A stretch of 64,000 nucleotides of DNA from Mobula hypostoma (taxonomy: Eukaryota): NCBI RefSeq assembly GCF_963921235.1, contig NC_086097.1, forward strand, positions 113,028,001 through 113,092,000, read 5' to 3'. The notes under the pieces are model-generated. The model saw only the letters and a program-made list of their open reading frames with translations, made no database searches and was not told the DNA's origin. This document shows positions 12,729-26,100 of this stretch, in pieces. Made by a program: the position numbers and the translations under genes. Position 1 is the first letter of the stretch; each line of letters opens with the position of its first letter.

Positions 12729-14254
12729 ATCTCCTATCCCTTGTAAATCCATTTCTATGTAATTTGTTGCCTGACTTGTAAAGTCAAGAAGTCCAGCCCA
12801 GTAACTGAAAACTAAACTTACTATTGTCAACCTTTCCAATTGTAATATATCTGAGCATTTTCCAAGTCAGTGGCAGAATGCTCAGCCAAACATTCCATCC
12901 CACATACTCTGTAGATATAAAACAGTTCTCCACTAATCCATTTCCCAATTGGCTTAAATTTAAGCCCTCAACTGTCTCCCCACAACACTGATATTTGACC
13001 TCCTTGATAGTCCATTTTATCAAAATGTGACTAATAGCTTAACAACAAGAAAACTTAACAAATTTCATGACATACTGTATGTCAGCGATAATAAACCCAA
13101 TTCTGATTCATAGAATGCCAAATACCAAATGTGGAGCAATTGTTTTCACACTGGTGATTCTTTCCAGCAACATGAGAAGACTTCACACATTGGACATTTC
13201 TGACAAAATGTAAATATAGTGCTCACCACATTCTGTAAATAATGTTTTATAAAACTGTACAGTGGATTGAGGTTCATTTCATTCTCCAGTAAGAATCATA
13301 TTCATAGGGAACCCATCTCAGTAAGTTACCATCCTTAACCTGCGATCATCAAAGCAATTTTTTCAATGGGCAAAGTCAAAGGTAGCACATTTGTGCTTTC
13401 CTCAAATGGCATTCCCCATGGAGACACCTGATTACAGAATCACAATATATTCTTTATACACTAAGTAGAATTGATACTTCCTTCAACTACTATATTTCTT
13501 TGCTCATCATTTATTAGTTTTAATATCAATTAAAATGTCTGTGACTTTTCAGAACATAAAGCCTGCAAAGGATCAACTGTTAGGACAGAACTATCAATAA
13601 CTTACATCACTATATAAAATTAACTTTACAATGCTATAACATGTTCTTCAATCTAAATAGAATAACATGAAGAATCGGAAGAACAAAAATGAACATTTTA
13701 TCATGAATTCTGGTGGTCTGACTAAATGATCGTGCTGATGTGCCTTCACTTCCTCCCTGTGGGACACATAAAATACACAAATACCAGAGGGAGCACATCA
13801 CACAACGTAAACCACGAACTTTGAAAGATGAGGGTACTCAGTGAAGAATCTCAGTTGACAAAAGCATAGATTAACAACCTGCTGACAAATAACATATCTG
13901 AATTCTAATTTTCTGATTATTAAAATAAAAATGTTCCTTGCCTCAATAAATGTACTTTTCAGTTTTGAATGTAACATTTCAGTATTGGCAGAAAACTAAT
14001 TTAAATTGCCCTCTTTGACCGTGCAAGTTAAGTTCCTGAAACTGAACGTCTGGAAGTTTTTGTCTGCTTTATATTACTGCCATCAATGATCTGAGGAACT
14101 TATGGGTACGTGATGATTTGATCAAAACCGTCAACAATTATTCTGTTGACTTCACAGTCCTTATTTTTTAATCTTGCAACAAAACTAGTTAATCCTAGCA
14201 ACTTTTGAAAATAGACTTTCTAGATTGTTTAGAAAAATGAGAAAGCTAGATATT

Positions 14255-14510
14255 TATTTATTGAGATACAGTGCGGAATAGCCCCTTCCAGCCCTTAGAG
14301 CCACAGCACCCAACGAACCACAAATTTAGCCCTAACCTATTCACAGGGCAATTTACAATGACTAATTAACCTATCAACTGGTACATCTTTGGAGCGTGAG
14401 AGGAAACTGCAGCACATGGCAAAAGCCCATGTAGTCACAGGGAGAACGTACAGATTTCTTACAGACAGTGGTGGGAAATGAACCCGGGTTGTTGGCACTG
14501 TAAAGCATTG
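14255..14510 (-). mobile_element. HE1-like V-SINE
   Basis: Reverse complement of ACCCGGGTTCA B-box region and the CTGTAAGAAATCTGTACGTTCTCCCTGTGAC core. Confidence 0.7.
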
Positions 14511-14775
14511 GTTAGAGGACGAAACTTCAGAGCTAAATACAATGCCCAGTAATTGTAGATTCGGGGAAAAGGCAGCAATCAGAATTGGTGCAGTGAAGAT
14601 TTCTAGGAGGTTTTAGAGCTAGAGGAGATTCCAGAGTTAGGGGGCAGTGAGGTCATAAAAGGATTTATAAACAGGGCACAATTATTCCTTGATTAAGAGC
14701 CTATGTATTACAGTAAACACTGGCATGGTGAGTGAATGGGATGGTAAGGGGTAGAGCATGAGAAACAGTTGTAGG

Positions 14776-15172
14776 TCATAGAAACATAGAACATTGAAAA
14801 CCTACAGTACTATACAGGCCCTTCGGCCCAAAAAGCTGTGCCAAAAATATCCTTACCTTAGAAATTACCCATGGTTACCCATAGCCCTCTATCTTTCTAA
14901 GCTCCATGTACCTATCCAAAAGTCTCTTAAAAAACCCCATCGTATCCACCTCCACCACCATTACCAGTAGCTCATTCCACGCTCTCACCATTCTCTGAAA
15001 AACTTACCCATGACATCTCCTCTGTACCTACTCCCAAGCATCTTAAACCTGTGCCCTCTTGTGGCAGCCATTCCAGCCCTGGGAAAAAGCATCTTACTAT
15101 CCACACGATCAATGCCTCTCATCGTCTTGTACACCTCTATCAGGTCACCTCTCATCCTCCGTCACTCCAAGG
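14776..15172 (-). mobile_element. CR1 3' fragment
   Basis: CATAGAAACATAGAAC tail; minus RRMRGDLIEVYKTM and TRGHRFK motifs. Confidence 0.85.
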
Positions 15173-15329
15173 AGGTCATCTTTATCTTGTTTCAGAGTGA
15201 GACACTTTAATGATGAACTGAAAATATTAAGTCCAGATGTACAAATGTATGAATATTAATATGTCTGATGAGCTAAAGCAGACAGACAAGACAATTCTAC
15301 AGAAAAAACAACATGAGCCAAGGTACTAA

Positions 15330-15830
15330 AACCTCTAATTCACTTTCAGACAGCTACTAGTGAGATGGATGGAGTTGATGACCAGTGAACATAGTGGTTA
15401 TGGGGACTGAAGACAAAAGCTTTGTTCTTCCCAATACTTTATCATCATTCACAGTGGATGTCGGCATGAAATCTGACAAGGGACAATGAAATAATCAAGG
15501 AGGTTGACAATGGTGTAGGACTAGGTGTCACAGTAAGATGTTGATACTGACTTTCCTGACAATGTTAGAGGAAGGGACAAAATCCTGACGAGAAATAATG
15601 AGGTTAGATCCTAGGGAGGACTCAGAGGTAACAAAACAAGCAGAGGAATAGAAATCATTTCACATGATTGTGTGACTACAATCAGGCGGGTGAGGTGGAA
15701 TCAGACAAGTCTGCTTTCAGACTGAACGATGATGTTGAAGCTGAAGCACAAGATGGTGTAATTAACCATGTCAAAGGCTGTAAGAAGATTGAGGAGGCTG
15801 AGAAAGAGAGATAAGACTTAATACAATCAA
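15330..15830 (-). mobile_element. Ancient L2-like LINE RT remnant
   Basis: Minus LSFLSLLNLLTAFDMVNYTIL near 15750-15810 resembles L2 LLILLDLSAAFDTVDH; degraded GVPQGS-like motif near 15600-15630. Confidence 0.5.
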
Positions 15831-17070
15831 ACAGAATGTCTTTAATGAGTGATATAGTAATTGAAACAACATTGAACGTTCACCAGATTGTAGATACATA
15901 AACCCCAGCTGCGAAAAGGTATCTATGTTAGTTGCTGGATCAAAGGGTAGGGTCCGAACTTTAACCTGCCATCTCTGTTGATTGAGTTGATTTCCTTAGG
16001 GTGCTAGTACTTCAGGAACTCAAGGGACCATTTAGACTGGTTTCCTTACTCTAATCCCAGGCCATCACCAGTTATTCTAACATGAGGACAGGAATAGTAT
16101 TGACTATGATGCCTCCCACAACCAATTTACATGCACACAAACAAGATGAATAATTTGGATTAAGAAATATACCACAAACTACCGGCAAGGTACCAATTTC
16201 TTCAGGGGAAAAGTAATGGGAAAATATTCCCATTTACAAAACCCCCCGTCAGATTTCTCAGAAACATATCTATTTACTGAACGCTGCAAGTTCTGATGAG
16301 ACAGGCATGGATGAATGCTATGCTATTAATTTTCTCATTGCTCTGTTTATATGTCAGGCACAGACTCAATGTATAAAACCTATCGCTCCCAGACCCTATA
16401 AATTAGCACAAAGCAGATTATTCACATCCACTGCATTGTCCGTAATCCGATTACCAGACACACACAAACCCCAACATAAATTCACACAAACACCAAAAGA
16501 TTATTAGAGAAAATTAAAAATCCACACAATCAATTGTTAAAAAAAACATTTGAAATGACCTACCTTGCAGCAGCAATCACTTTCTGCACAGATACCTGTT
16601 AGCATTAGCAAACTCAAAACACAGGTACCACAGATGAGGCTAAAGCTGTACATGCAGACATTTTTTTTTCTTTTCAAATGTGGACAACTATTTTTTAAAC
16701 TAGTCACACATCTATGTCTTACTTGAGTCAACAATAATCTTCCTTCCTTAGTATATAAAATCAATTTAGATTTCCAGTTTGAGGTTCATCACCAGATAAA
16801 TGGTAACTATCCAAGTGTAATATGGTTCTACTTTACCAACCCGATACAAAACATCGTTCATTTTGATATGGAATGCAAGTATGTGTGTTTCAAGTGAGTG
16901 TTTCAGTTATAGGTTTGTGACCACAACGATAAACATTGCAGAATGTCACTTGACCAAGCAGTTTTCACCGTAAACAAGTTGATCTAAAGTTAATTTTATA
17001 GCACTGATAAACGTATAAAAATTTCGATGAATTTTTTGGCATTATAAACCAGAGAGTGGCATGGATGATA

Positions 17071-17345
17071 GGGGTGGCATGGTAACATAGTGGTTAGCAC
17101 AATGTTTTACAGTACAGACAACCTGGGTTCAATTCCTGCTGCTGCCTCTAAGGAGTTTGTACCTTCTCTCTGTGACTGCGTGGGTTTCCACGGGTACCCC
17201 GGTTTACTCCCGCAGTCCAAAGATGCATCAGTTGGTAGGTGAATTGGCCATTGTAAATTGTCCTGTGATTAGGCTCAGATTAATTTAGGGGATTGCTGGG
17301 CAGTGCAACTCAAAGGATTGGAAGGAGGTTATTCCTCAATAAACA
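17071..17345 (+). mobile_element. HE1-like V-SINE
   Basis: GGGGTGGCATGGTAACATAGTGGTTAGCAC A-box head, GGGTTCAATTCC B-box, GGAGTTTGTACCTTCTCTCTGTGACTGCGTGGGTTTCC core. Confidence 0.85.
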
Positions 17346-17905
17346 AAATAAATCATAAACAATAAATAAATGATTTATATGGGTTAGACTCCAAATCAAG
17401 AACTTGGAATTGCTACATTAGTGCATTTTTAGGAAATAATTCAATTGATTAGCTGGGTGACGTACAATAAATGTATTGAACACTGACTGGAAAAAAAATC
17501 TTCATTGATCAGCTTTCTCTGGGTTCTCTTATTTAGAAAAAAAAAGCAGCCTTGCAGCAAAATCCTACTAAAGTAACAAGCTGTCTACATAAAGCAAAAG
17601 ATACAATAAAAATGCTAACATCCAGTTCTATAGTTTCATGACATCGCAAAATATTTAAGAAGTAGTAGGCTGATAGCGGGGTAACTATTTTCCTATTGTT
17701 GATTTTATTAATTACATGCCACTTTAAAAAAAAACTTATAAGTGTGCATTGAAATGTAGAGGGAAACCAAACAAATTACGCAAATATACACAGCAAATGA
17801 ATCAAATTAAAGTTCAGTAATCATATGTGACCAAGCATGATGTTCCAGTGTCACACATTGTCATTATGAGAGAGAAAGTTAAACTATATTCAGCAGCTTA
17901 CTTAC

Positions 17906-17992
17906 GCCTGGGGTTCCTTCTCATTTTGTTGTTTTTGCTGTGGCTGAAGAACGTTATTTACCAGTTCAGTGATCCCACTAAAGGGAAACCAC
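17906..17992 (-). CDS. RIMS2: RIMS2 internal exon (87 nt), alternative insert in the Rab-binding domain: WFPFSGITELVNNVLQPQQKQQNEKEPQ
   Basis: tttaaacag|G TGG TTT...CAG GC|gtaagt, phase 2/2; peptide matches RIM2-alpha as recalled. Confidence 0.95.
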
Positions 17993-18389
17993 CTGTTTAA
18001 ATAAGCAAATAATGTGACTGAACAATGAAGCAAATCACTTAATCGCTGGCCTCAGTGTTTTTGCACCTAAACAACACAGCAAGTTAGAGAAGCCACAGCC
18101 AAATGTAAATGGGAGTTGCAATCGGATCCAGCAAGTAACAATGTAGGACAAAGTTATATCAGCTAATGTTTAACCAATCCAGATGCAAGGAGCAATACAA
18201 GCTACAACTATTCTGGATGTGGATGATGTAAGAAGCTGACGTAGCTCTCCTACAGCCAATCAGAAAGCAAAATGATGCACTACAGCTGCAGCCAAGAGTA
18301 GCTAACACCCAGAAAGTGCAGAAAGCACAGGGACAAAACACTGCAAGGTAAAGTTTCCAAGCCCACTACATTCGGAAAGTATTACTTAC

Positions 18390-18422
18390 TGTGGCTGTTG
18401 AGGTTTTTGTTCTTCTTTGACC
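18390..18422 (-). CDS. RIMS2: RIMS2 mini-exon (33 nt): VKEEQKPQQP(Q)
   Basis: ttgttttttag|G GTC AAA...CCA CA|gtaagt, phase 2/2; corresponds to RIM2 VKEEHKPQLTQ and joins the 87-nt exon in frame. Confidence 0.92.
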
Positions 18423-18530
18423 CTAAAAAACAAGTGCCACAACTCAATGCAGGAGCAAGTAAAAATTAAAATTTTAAATAAAACTATAAAGGTATGGTTT
18501 TAGGAAAATACAATGACAACAAATGTTTTA

Positions 18531-19070
18531 GCCACACACACAAAATGCTGGAGGAACTCAGCAGGTCAGGCAGCATCCATGGAAATGAATAAACAGTCAA
18601 TGTTTTAGGCTGAAACTCTTCGTCAGGACTGAAAAAGAAGGGGGAAGACGCTAGAATAAAAAGGCAGTGTTGGAGAGGATGGAGGATAGCTCAAAAGTGA
18701 TAGGTGAAGCCAAGTGGGTTGGACAGATAACGGGCTGCAGAAGAAGGAATCTTATAGAAGAGGAGGGTGGACCATAGGACAAAGGAAAGGAAGCGGGAAC
18801 CCAGGGGGAGGTGACAGGCAGGTGAGAAGAGGTAAGGGGCCAGAGTGGAGAATGGAAGAAGGGAAGGAAGGTATTTTTTTTACCAGAAGGAGAAATCAAT
18901 ATTCATGCCATCAGATTGGAGGCTACTCTAATGGAATATAAGGTGTTGTACCTCCACCCTAGAGGTGACTTCATCTTGACACAAGAGGGGGCCATGAACA
19001 GAAATGTCAGAATGGGAATGGGAATCAGAAGTAAAATGTTCGGCCACCGGAAATTTCTGCTTTAGGCGGA
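18531..19070 (-). mobile_element. Penelope-like element 3' fragment (GIY-YIG C-terminus and terminal repeat)
   Basis: Diverged copy of the 30159-30830 arm: VAEHF.SDSHSHSDIS...QHLIF...GMNIDF. Confidence 0.8.
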
Positions 19071-20699
19071 TGTCTTAGAAGATAGTTCTTAACTTGTGTC
19101 AAAAAAGGGCTCAACTTTTGCTTTTTCCTGTGTTCAACTTCTATTTGCAACTTCAGTCACAATTGGGTACTGTATCCATGCATCTTCACTTATCAAAGAC
19201 AATTGAGGAAGTTTTCACTTGAGCTCAAAAGTCTGTAAGTGACATGAGGGACTGGATCAATTCATGGTCTCTGAGTACGGTGTATCCCACCAAACACACA
19301 CAGTCAGGGTTTATTCATATCCATGGAAAAGTCAATAACAGTTTTGGCAGGTAGAGGGAGGCATCATTTGATAAACTAAAATGAAACTGCCAAACAGAAC
19401 AAAAACCACTCACAGCTAAACCAACTTACAAATTCAGATTACTAAGCATCTATTAGACCTTCTGTCTATATTAAATCTTTTCATAATTTAAGTTTTGTTA
19501 TATTTGTGCACACTGAACCATCCCTGCCCAGAGTAACACTTGCTGAAGAGAATTAAGTAAATAATGATTTTCTGAATAAAGTCTATGAGCTAGGAGCTAT
19601 TTGATATTCACAATGAAGCTGCTTTTCAGAAGCGGAGGATCATGTTCTATGCATTGCATGTTTAGTGCACGCAATCATATTTGAATATTCAACACCAAGG
19701 AATCTATATCTATCCAGCATCATAAAATAGGTTAAAAATCCTTTATTTGTAACACAAATAGGTCTTAAAACATCACTCATTCTAGAATTGACCGTTTGTG
19801 AGTGAAGCACTTCGTCACTGATTCTGTTATCAAACAACCTAAATCCTCAACAATATCTTACTCGTACATTATGAAGTTTATTTTTTGGTATTGGACTCAA
19901 ATTAAGTCTTACTTAAAAATCTTTAAAATCAGATATTGAAATCACAGCTTATTTAAATGTCACTTTGCAACTGTAACTTCTGTCACTTCACATTAAAATT
20001 TACTTATCACATGTACATTGAAACACAGTGAAATGCATTGTTTGCGGTAACAACCAACACACACACAAGGACGTGCTGGGAGCAGCCCACAAGTGTTGCC
20101 ACTCATTCCAGCACCAACATAGCATGCCCACAATGCTTGGCAGAACAACACAGAACACAGCAAAACAGTAGACAACAAGCAATAAAACAACAACAGTAAA
20201 ACAAGCCGCTTTCCGCCTTCTCACCCACCCCCACACATGGATAGTCCTGGCCTTGTATGTCTTTCCTATTGACAATTTTGTGGGCATCTAGTTAATGCAT
20301 TGATAACTTCCTGCAGCCTAAACCATTCTTCCTCACAGTCAATCACAGTGACAACTTGAATAAGTTTGCATACTTCCTAATCGCAATCATTCCAGGTAAG
20401 TTTAAGTCAATAACTGTTTTACAAAAAGCAAGGCGACCAACATTAATTCCCATGGAACAACACAGCATGCAGCCTTCCTTTCAACAAAACTTCCATTCAC
20501 AATTCCCTTTTCTTTCTCCCATGGAGTCAACTGTTATTCTAACTGAATACTATCCCTTGGTTCCCATGGAATTTTACTTTCAGAATCTATCTGATATATT
20601 TATCTGAGTTTTGTGTAATATCCTGTGTACATCGCTTGGACTACCCTCATCCACACTTGTAGGATCTCTTCCATATATTCTATAGTTCATCATACAAGA

Positions 20700-20970
20700 G
20701 CCGGCTGTAATGTAAGATCGGGGTTCCATTCCCATCACTGCTTGTAAGGAGTTTGTACATTCTCCCAAGGGTTTCCTCCACATTCTCCAGTTTCCTCCCA
20801 CATTTGAAAGGTGTATGGATTGGTAAGGATTAGAAAGTCGTGGGCATTCTATGTTGGCATCGGAAGTGTGATAACACTTGCGAGCAGCCACATAATCCTC
20901 ACTGATATGATTTGATCCAAACAATGCTTTTCACTCTATGCTTCACGTACATGTGACAAATAAACCTAAC
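20700..20970 (+). mobile_element. HE1-like V-SINE
   Basis: GGGGTTCCATTCCC...TAAGGAGTTTGTACATTCTCCC...GTACATGTGACAAATAAA. Confidence 0.75.
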
Positions 20971-22635
20971 CTTTCCTTTAAGAGGAGCTTCTGTCCATTC
21001 TAGAATAATTTGTACCTTACTGAATTCTGAATAATGCTGTTCCTCAGAATTATTTCTAATTAATGTATCCACCATCAATGTTAGACTAAGTGCACTGTAA
21101 TTATTCAAACTATCCAATCATTTCTAAATAATAAAATTAGCAGTCTTCAAGTCTTGTGGCACCATAATTTTAACCAACAAGGATAACATGAAATTCAGAA
21201 GCTATGCTCTACATCACTGACTTTTTTTTAAAGTTAGGGTCAGCTTTGGATTTCTAAGGATCCTGGCTCTCTTAAGGTCAGATTTCTCTGTAATACCAGA
21301 AATGCTACCTTGTTAATGTTCATTTCCATATCAGTGTCTACAAAACCTTGATTCAGAACTGTACGTGCATTTTGCATCCACACTCAAGCCGTCATTTGTA
21401 GAATTTAAAGAGGACATCACCTTGGCTTTATGACTCACTTGTTAAGGATTATTCTGGAATTATTAAATTATGGATAGCATAATTATTGATTAATGAATAT
21501 GAAAAATAATCTTCACAAGTAAAATGTGTTCACAATTTAACTTCCAACTAATAGCTTGTGGCTAGTGAAACCAATCATTGGACATGGAGCTTTCTGATTC
21601 TGTCTCATTGAAACAATGCAGGTGTTAAGTGGCCATCTCTTGTATAAAAGCATATTCCTGCCACTTGATGTGCAGCTCAGGCAGGTCTGTTTTGTCTCTA
21701 TTTTCTGGCTAGATGTATATTCCAGGAAGCTGTCCCTCAGGACTGTAACAAAAGGGTTATATTTATGGTGTTTGTAGTTAGTGTTTAGAGGCTTTCAGAA
21801 CAGATGTCACCATTGGCTACTCAAAGTGGTTTTGCAGGTTTGGATGCACAACCATTGCAAATATTGTTTTCTATATTGTAAAAAGTATAATTCTGCAAAG
21901 TTACCTGACTATATTCAAATTGTTGAAGCTGAGTTGGTGATTATATCCACTGACACTGTGGTTAATAATTTTTTATTTTTACATTTAAAGTGTATAGAAA
22001 ACTGTGTCAGCTGACTGAGATTCTCCCTTTCTAGAAGGTTTTCTGTGTGAATAAGGTACAGCTTTAGTGTGACTCAGTTTTAGTTCGACACAACATTCTT
22101 TCCTTTCAAACATTGATGAAGAATGTCAGCCGTCTCACTGATGTTCCTTCTCAGAGTATTCTTAAACAATTTGTTACTTTATCCCTGCACCTTCTTAAGG
22201 TTTTCAATAATATTGGCCACTTCTTTCCCATTATTTCCTGTTATTGATTTTTCCAACCCTGTTTCTTGAGTTGAGATTGAAAGGAGTGCACTTTCATTTT
22301 ATTAAGAACATATTGGTCTGAACCCTCACTAGCTCCTCCTTTAGAATCACCAACCACCCTGACAGCAATTTTCCTTCAAACAGCTGTTACTACTCTATTC
22401 CCGCAATTCATAAATTTAATCATATTGGTGGCATTGCTTGACAATCTCATGTACTGCTAACTCCTGGTGGATGAGGGAGAGGTAAAGATGTAAAGGAAAA
22501 TCTATTACTGATAGTAATAATGGGAAAGATTTGTATAACGTTCAAAGTTCAAAGTATAGTTATTTTTAAAGTACATAATGTCACCTTGTATGAATTTACA
22601 GGAAAATAAAAATAATATGATAATTTATGAAAATG

Positions 22636-22890
22636 ATAATTGGCAGGTCAGCTTTTTTCTAACTACCCTTCTATACTGTAGTATTCAATAGCTAAAACTA
22701 CAAGGGATGCAGACTCAGTTGACACTTTTAAATTACTAGTTCAAAAGCTATTTAACAATGATTTCAACTGACATTATTTCATCTTTTATAGTTATTTTTG
22801 CACTTTATCCCACTGAAAAGCACTTTAAACTATGTTGTTGATATGAAAATTGCTCTATAAATAAGTTATTATGAATATTATTTTTATTTT
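22636..22890 (+). mobile_element. L2 LINE 3' end with (TTA)n-type tail
   Basis: Homologous to 29125-29350, which reads GRTAF..PKLWNSIPKNIRDADSVQTFKRQVKIYLFNLAF*. Confidence 0.7.
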
Positions 22891-25800
22891 TTTCTCAGCT
22901 CAAGCTAGTAAAAGCTGAGATACAGACAGAGCAAGCAAAGTTATTTCTCAATTGCGAGGAACTTTCAGACAGTTCTAGTGGTGTTTAGTACTGTGGCTTT
23001 CTGGAGATTTACATAATATTGCTAATTGTTTAATGCTAGTGTGTAGTGACTTTGGGATGATACCAGTTGCAGATATTACTACTGGGACATTGTATACCCT
23101 GTTCATGTCCCATAGTCTTTCAATTTCCTCTTTCCTCTTTAATTCAGCATATTTCCGGCATTTTGCACTTAAGGATTTCTGTATGTTTGGAATGCCTATA
23201 TCTAAAGTAAATTGTCCTTGCTTGATTATCTGGTAATATTATATCCGGTCAGTTATTATGGATCGTTATATCTGTAATAATGGATCTGTTGTAACATAAT
23301 TTGTCGGACTCTGACTTTAAAATTAGATTAGGCTTGTATTTCTAGTAAGGTATAGTGTCTTCTATGAATTTGTATATTAAAGCAAGATTTTGATGAATCA
23401 TATTTGCCACTTGATTGTGCCTGTGAAAATGAATAGATTGAGTTAAATTTCTGCAGGTTCTTATAATGTGTTGGATTGTTTCTGGTTTTTCTTGGCATTT
23501 TTCTGCATTTATTGTCTTGAATTTGTTGGTCTTTTATTATGTTTTTTTGATCATTTTTTGTGTTAACACCTGGTCCTGTATTGCCACAAGGAACTTTTGT
23601 GATTCCGAGAAGAGATCTCCAACCCTGATCCAGGCATTAGACGCTTCCTTGTCGACAGTTAGTCTGCTCAGATCATGGAGTGTCATGCTCTTCCATTGGT
23701 TCACTTTTTCTTCTATAGTGATAATTTCTTCATTTTTCTGGGTTGTGCTTTCATTTACATTTAGTGGTGCATATACTCGTGTGGAGTGCTGAATCCTGTT
23801 TTCGTTGGAGATCCTTAGAAGTTTTATCTGACTGATGTGTAATTTTTTTATGTCTGTTATTCCACTTCCTCCTTCTGTTCTATGTAGTGTATATCTACAT
23901 GCTTTTGAGTGTACATAGTGTTTTCTAAAATTTGTCACTTCAGATCTTATTTTGCTTTGTAAATTTTCCAGATTGGTTTTGGGCCAAAATACTATGCCAA
24001 AAGAATATGTTAATATTTGCATAGTGAAAGTATTTATTGCCTTTGCTATATTTTTACTATTGAGCTCTGTCTGGCTGATTTCCTTAAGCCTTGAAGTAAA
24101 TTCTGTCAAAAGTTTTCCCTTCATCACACTATGATCTATTTTCTTTGCTTGTTGATATTTATATGTTTCATAATCATCCGTCGGTTGTAATGTACCCTGC
24201 TGCTCTGTTTTATATTCTACTAGCTCTATTGCACCTTTCTGCCCTTAATGGTCTGTACTTATCTAGTCCAAAGTTCATGTTTATATCTTTTTAAAATAGT
24301 CCTACTATTTGAATTAATTGTTTTAGCTTTACTGATGAACTAATGTATAATTTCAAATCATCCATACGTCAAGGTAAAGTTTGTTTGCTAGTCTCTGATT
24401 TGATACCCAATTTTTGTCTGATTCAGTAAATTAGAAAGTGGGTTTAAAGCTAGACAAAACAATAGTCGGCTTGTTACCTGTCCCATGAGTGTCTCGTGAA
24501 TATGACGTAATTGCCTTATGCTATTGGAATGATGTAATGGTCTCGTGCCATTGGAATGATGTAATTGTCTTGTGATAGTGGGGTGGTGTGATGTAACGTT
24601 ATGGCATGTTCCAACTGGTATATAAGGGGAAACTGCAGTTGTTGCGTAGTTTGTTTTGTTGGGAGCCCACCATTAGTAGTTACGCCATCGGAGAAGAAGA
24701 AAGAGTGAGAGTGAAGAATCCTCAGCTCCGAACAAACCCCAAAAGGATTGGGGTTAACCAGTGGCATTCGGCGCATTACGGTGGTGACTGACATTTGGAA
24801 CCGTCCATACACACGTTTTGTTAACCATGACACGGTTTGGGTATTGTGCGATGATCACTTCGTCGAAAGGTCAGTTACTTTGAGAAATCGTATTCTGCGT
24901 CATAACTTCGGAGAAGGCGTTTCGGCTGAGAGCTGCATCAACAGTGATGTCTTTACATCGGGGACTGTTCCAAAGCTGGTTTGTGAAGTCTCTCCTCTCG
25001 AATATTTCAGGAATCACTTGGAATTATTAAATTACCACATTAGGACTGGGTTTAAGTAAAATCTGTTAAGAATTGTCTTTAAGTTCGACTGTTTGATAAC
25101 TATAGAAGTATACCGCTATTAACATCCGTTTAAGTTAATCGTTCATTTACTATTCCATGTTTATTTGAGTAGAGGTTAATAAATGTCGTTGTTTACTTTA
25201 TAAAAACTTGAATCAAATTCATCTCTGTTGTTGTTAGTTTATAACAGGCTTAGACAGTCACCCTTGAAAACGCCTCGGTTTATTTTGATAACGGCAGTTG
25301 TTCTTTTTCGGTTGTTAATAGCGTGATTATAGTACGCCAATCCTTCATCAGATGTTGTAGGAACTTCACATATTGGGGTGTAGTTTATATATACTAAGAG
25401 CTTCTATTTCCATAAGTGAGTGACATAATCAAATGCTTTCTGGTCGTTAATATAGGAACATGAGATATTTCTGCTTTTCTGGTTTCAGAATTACAGAATC
25501 TATTATCAGGTGTTCTTTACATCCTTTCATACCTATACAGTATCCTTTCTGCTGTTATGGAAGTATATTGTGGTTATCTAAGTGAGTGGCAATTAGTTGT
25601 GGGATACATGATGTTACAATTTTTTATGTAGTTTGTGTAAACATGTAATAGGACAATATTTTGCTGGGTCATTTGTGATTTCTCTAAGTGATCTGTAAGT
25701 GATTTGTTTTAACTTCTGTCAAAACTTTGGGCACTATTTGAAGATTTTTAAGAAAATTGTTGAAATGCATTAATAGGTATAGATGAAGGCAAGTAAATTT

Positions 25801-26050
25801 TTATACCAATAATTCTGGTTATTATCACTGCCAGTACTTTTCCAATTGTGGGTATTTTTATAACCCTTTTTAGTATATCCTTTGTAACTTCATGTGTTTG
25901 CATGACTTCAATTGTGTGACAGTATTCTTATTCCTCCCTAATCCAGCTTGCTTCTTGATTGTGTATTGCCTTGTTTCACCAGATATTAGACCAAAAGTTC
26001 ATTATCTCTGCGTTTGTTGGTAATTCTGTGTTAGGGTATTGTTATCATTA
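22891..26050 (-). mobile_element. R4/Dong-clade non-LTR retrotransposon (RT, CCHC finger, restriction-like endonuclease), 5'-truncated and degraded
   Basis: ELNSKNIAKAINTF..LTYSFG, TEGGSGI, CRKCQEKPETIQHI, PDII..LDIGIP..KYAEL..IERLW..VPVVISATG, LQKATVLNT, GVFKGDCLSRLLF. Confidence 0.85.
24472..25246 (+). mobile_element. Solo LTR (775 bp) with 4-bp TSD GGCT
   Basis: TGTTA...TAACA termini, GGCT at 24468-24471 and 25247-25250, TATATAA near 24620, AATAAA near 25180. Confidence 0.85.
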
Positions 26051-26100
26051 TATATTTTTTTCTCAGCTCAAGCTGGTAAAACCTGAATTATTATTATTAT

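Noticed and set aside
17071..17145. tRNA gene
   Set aside because: tRNA-derived SINE head continuing into the V-SINE core; no complete cloverleaf.
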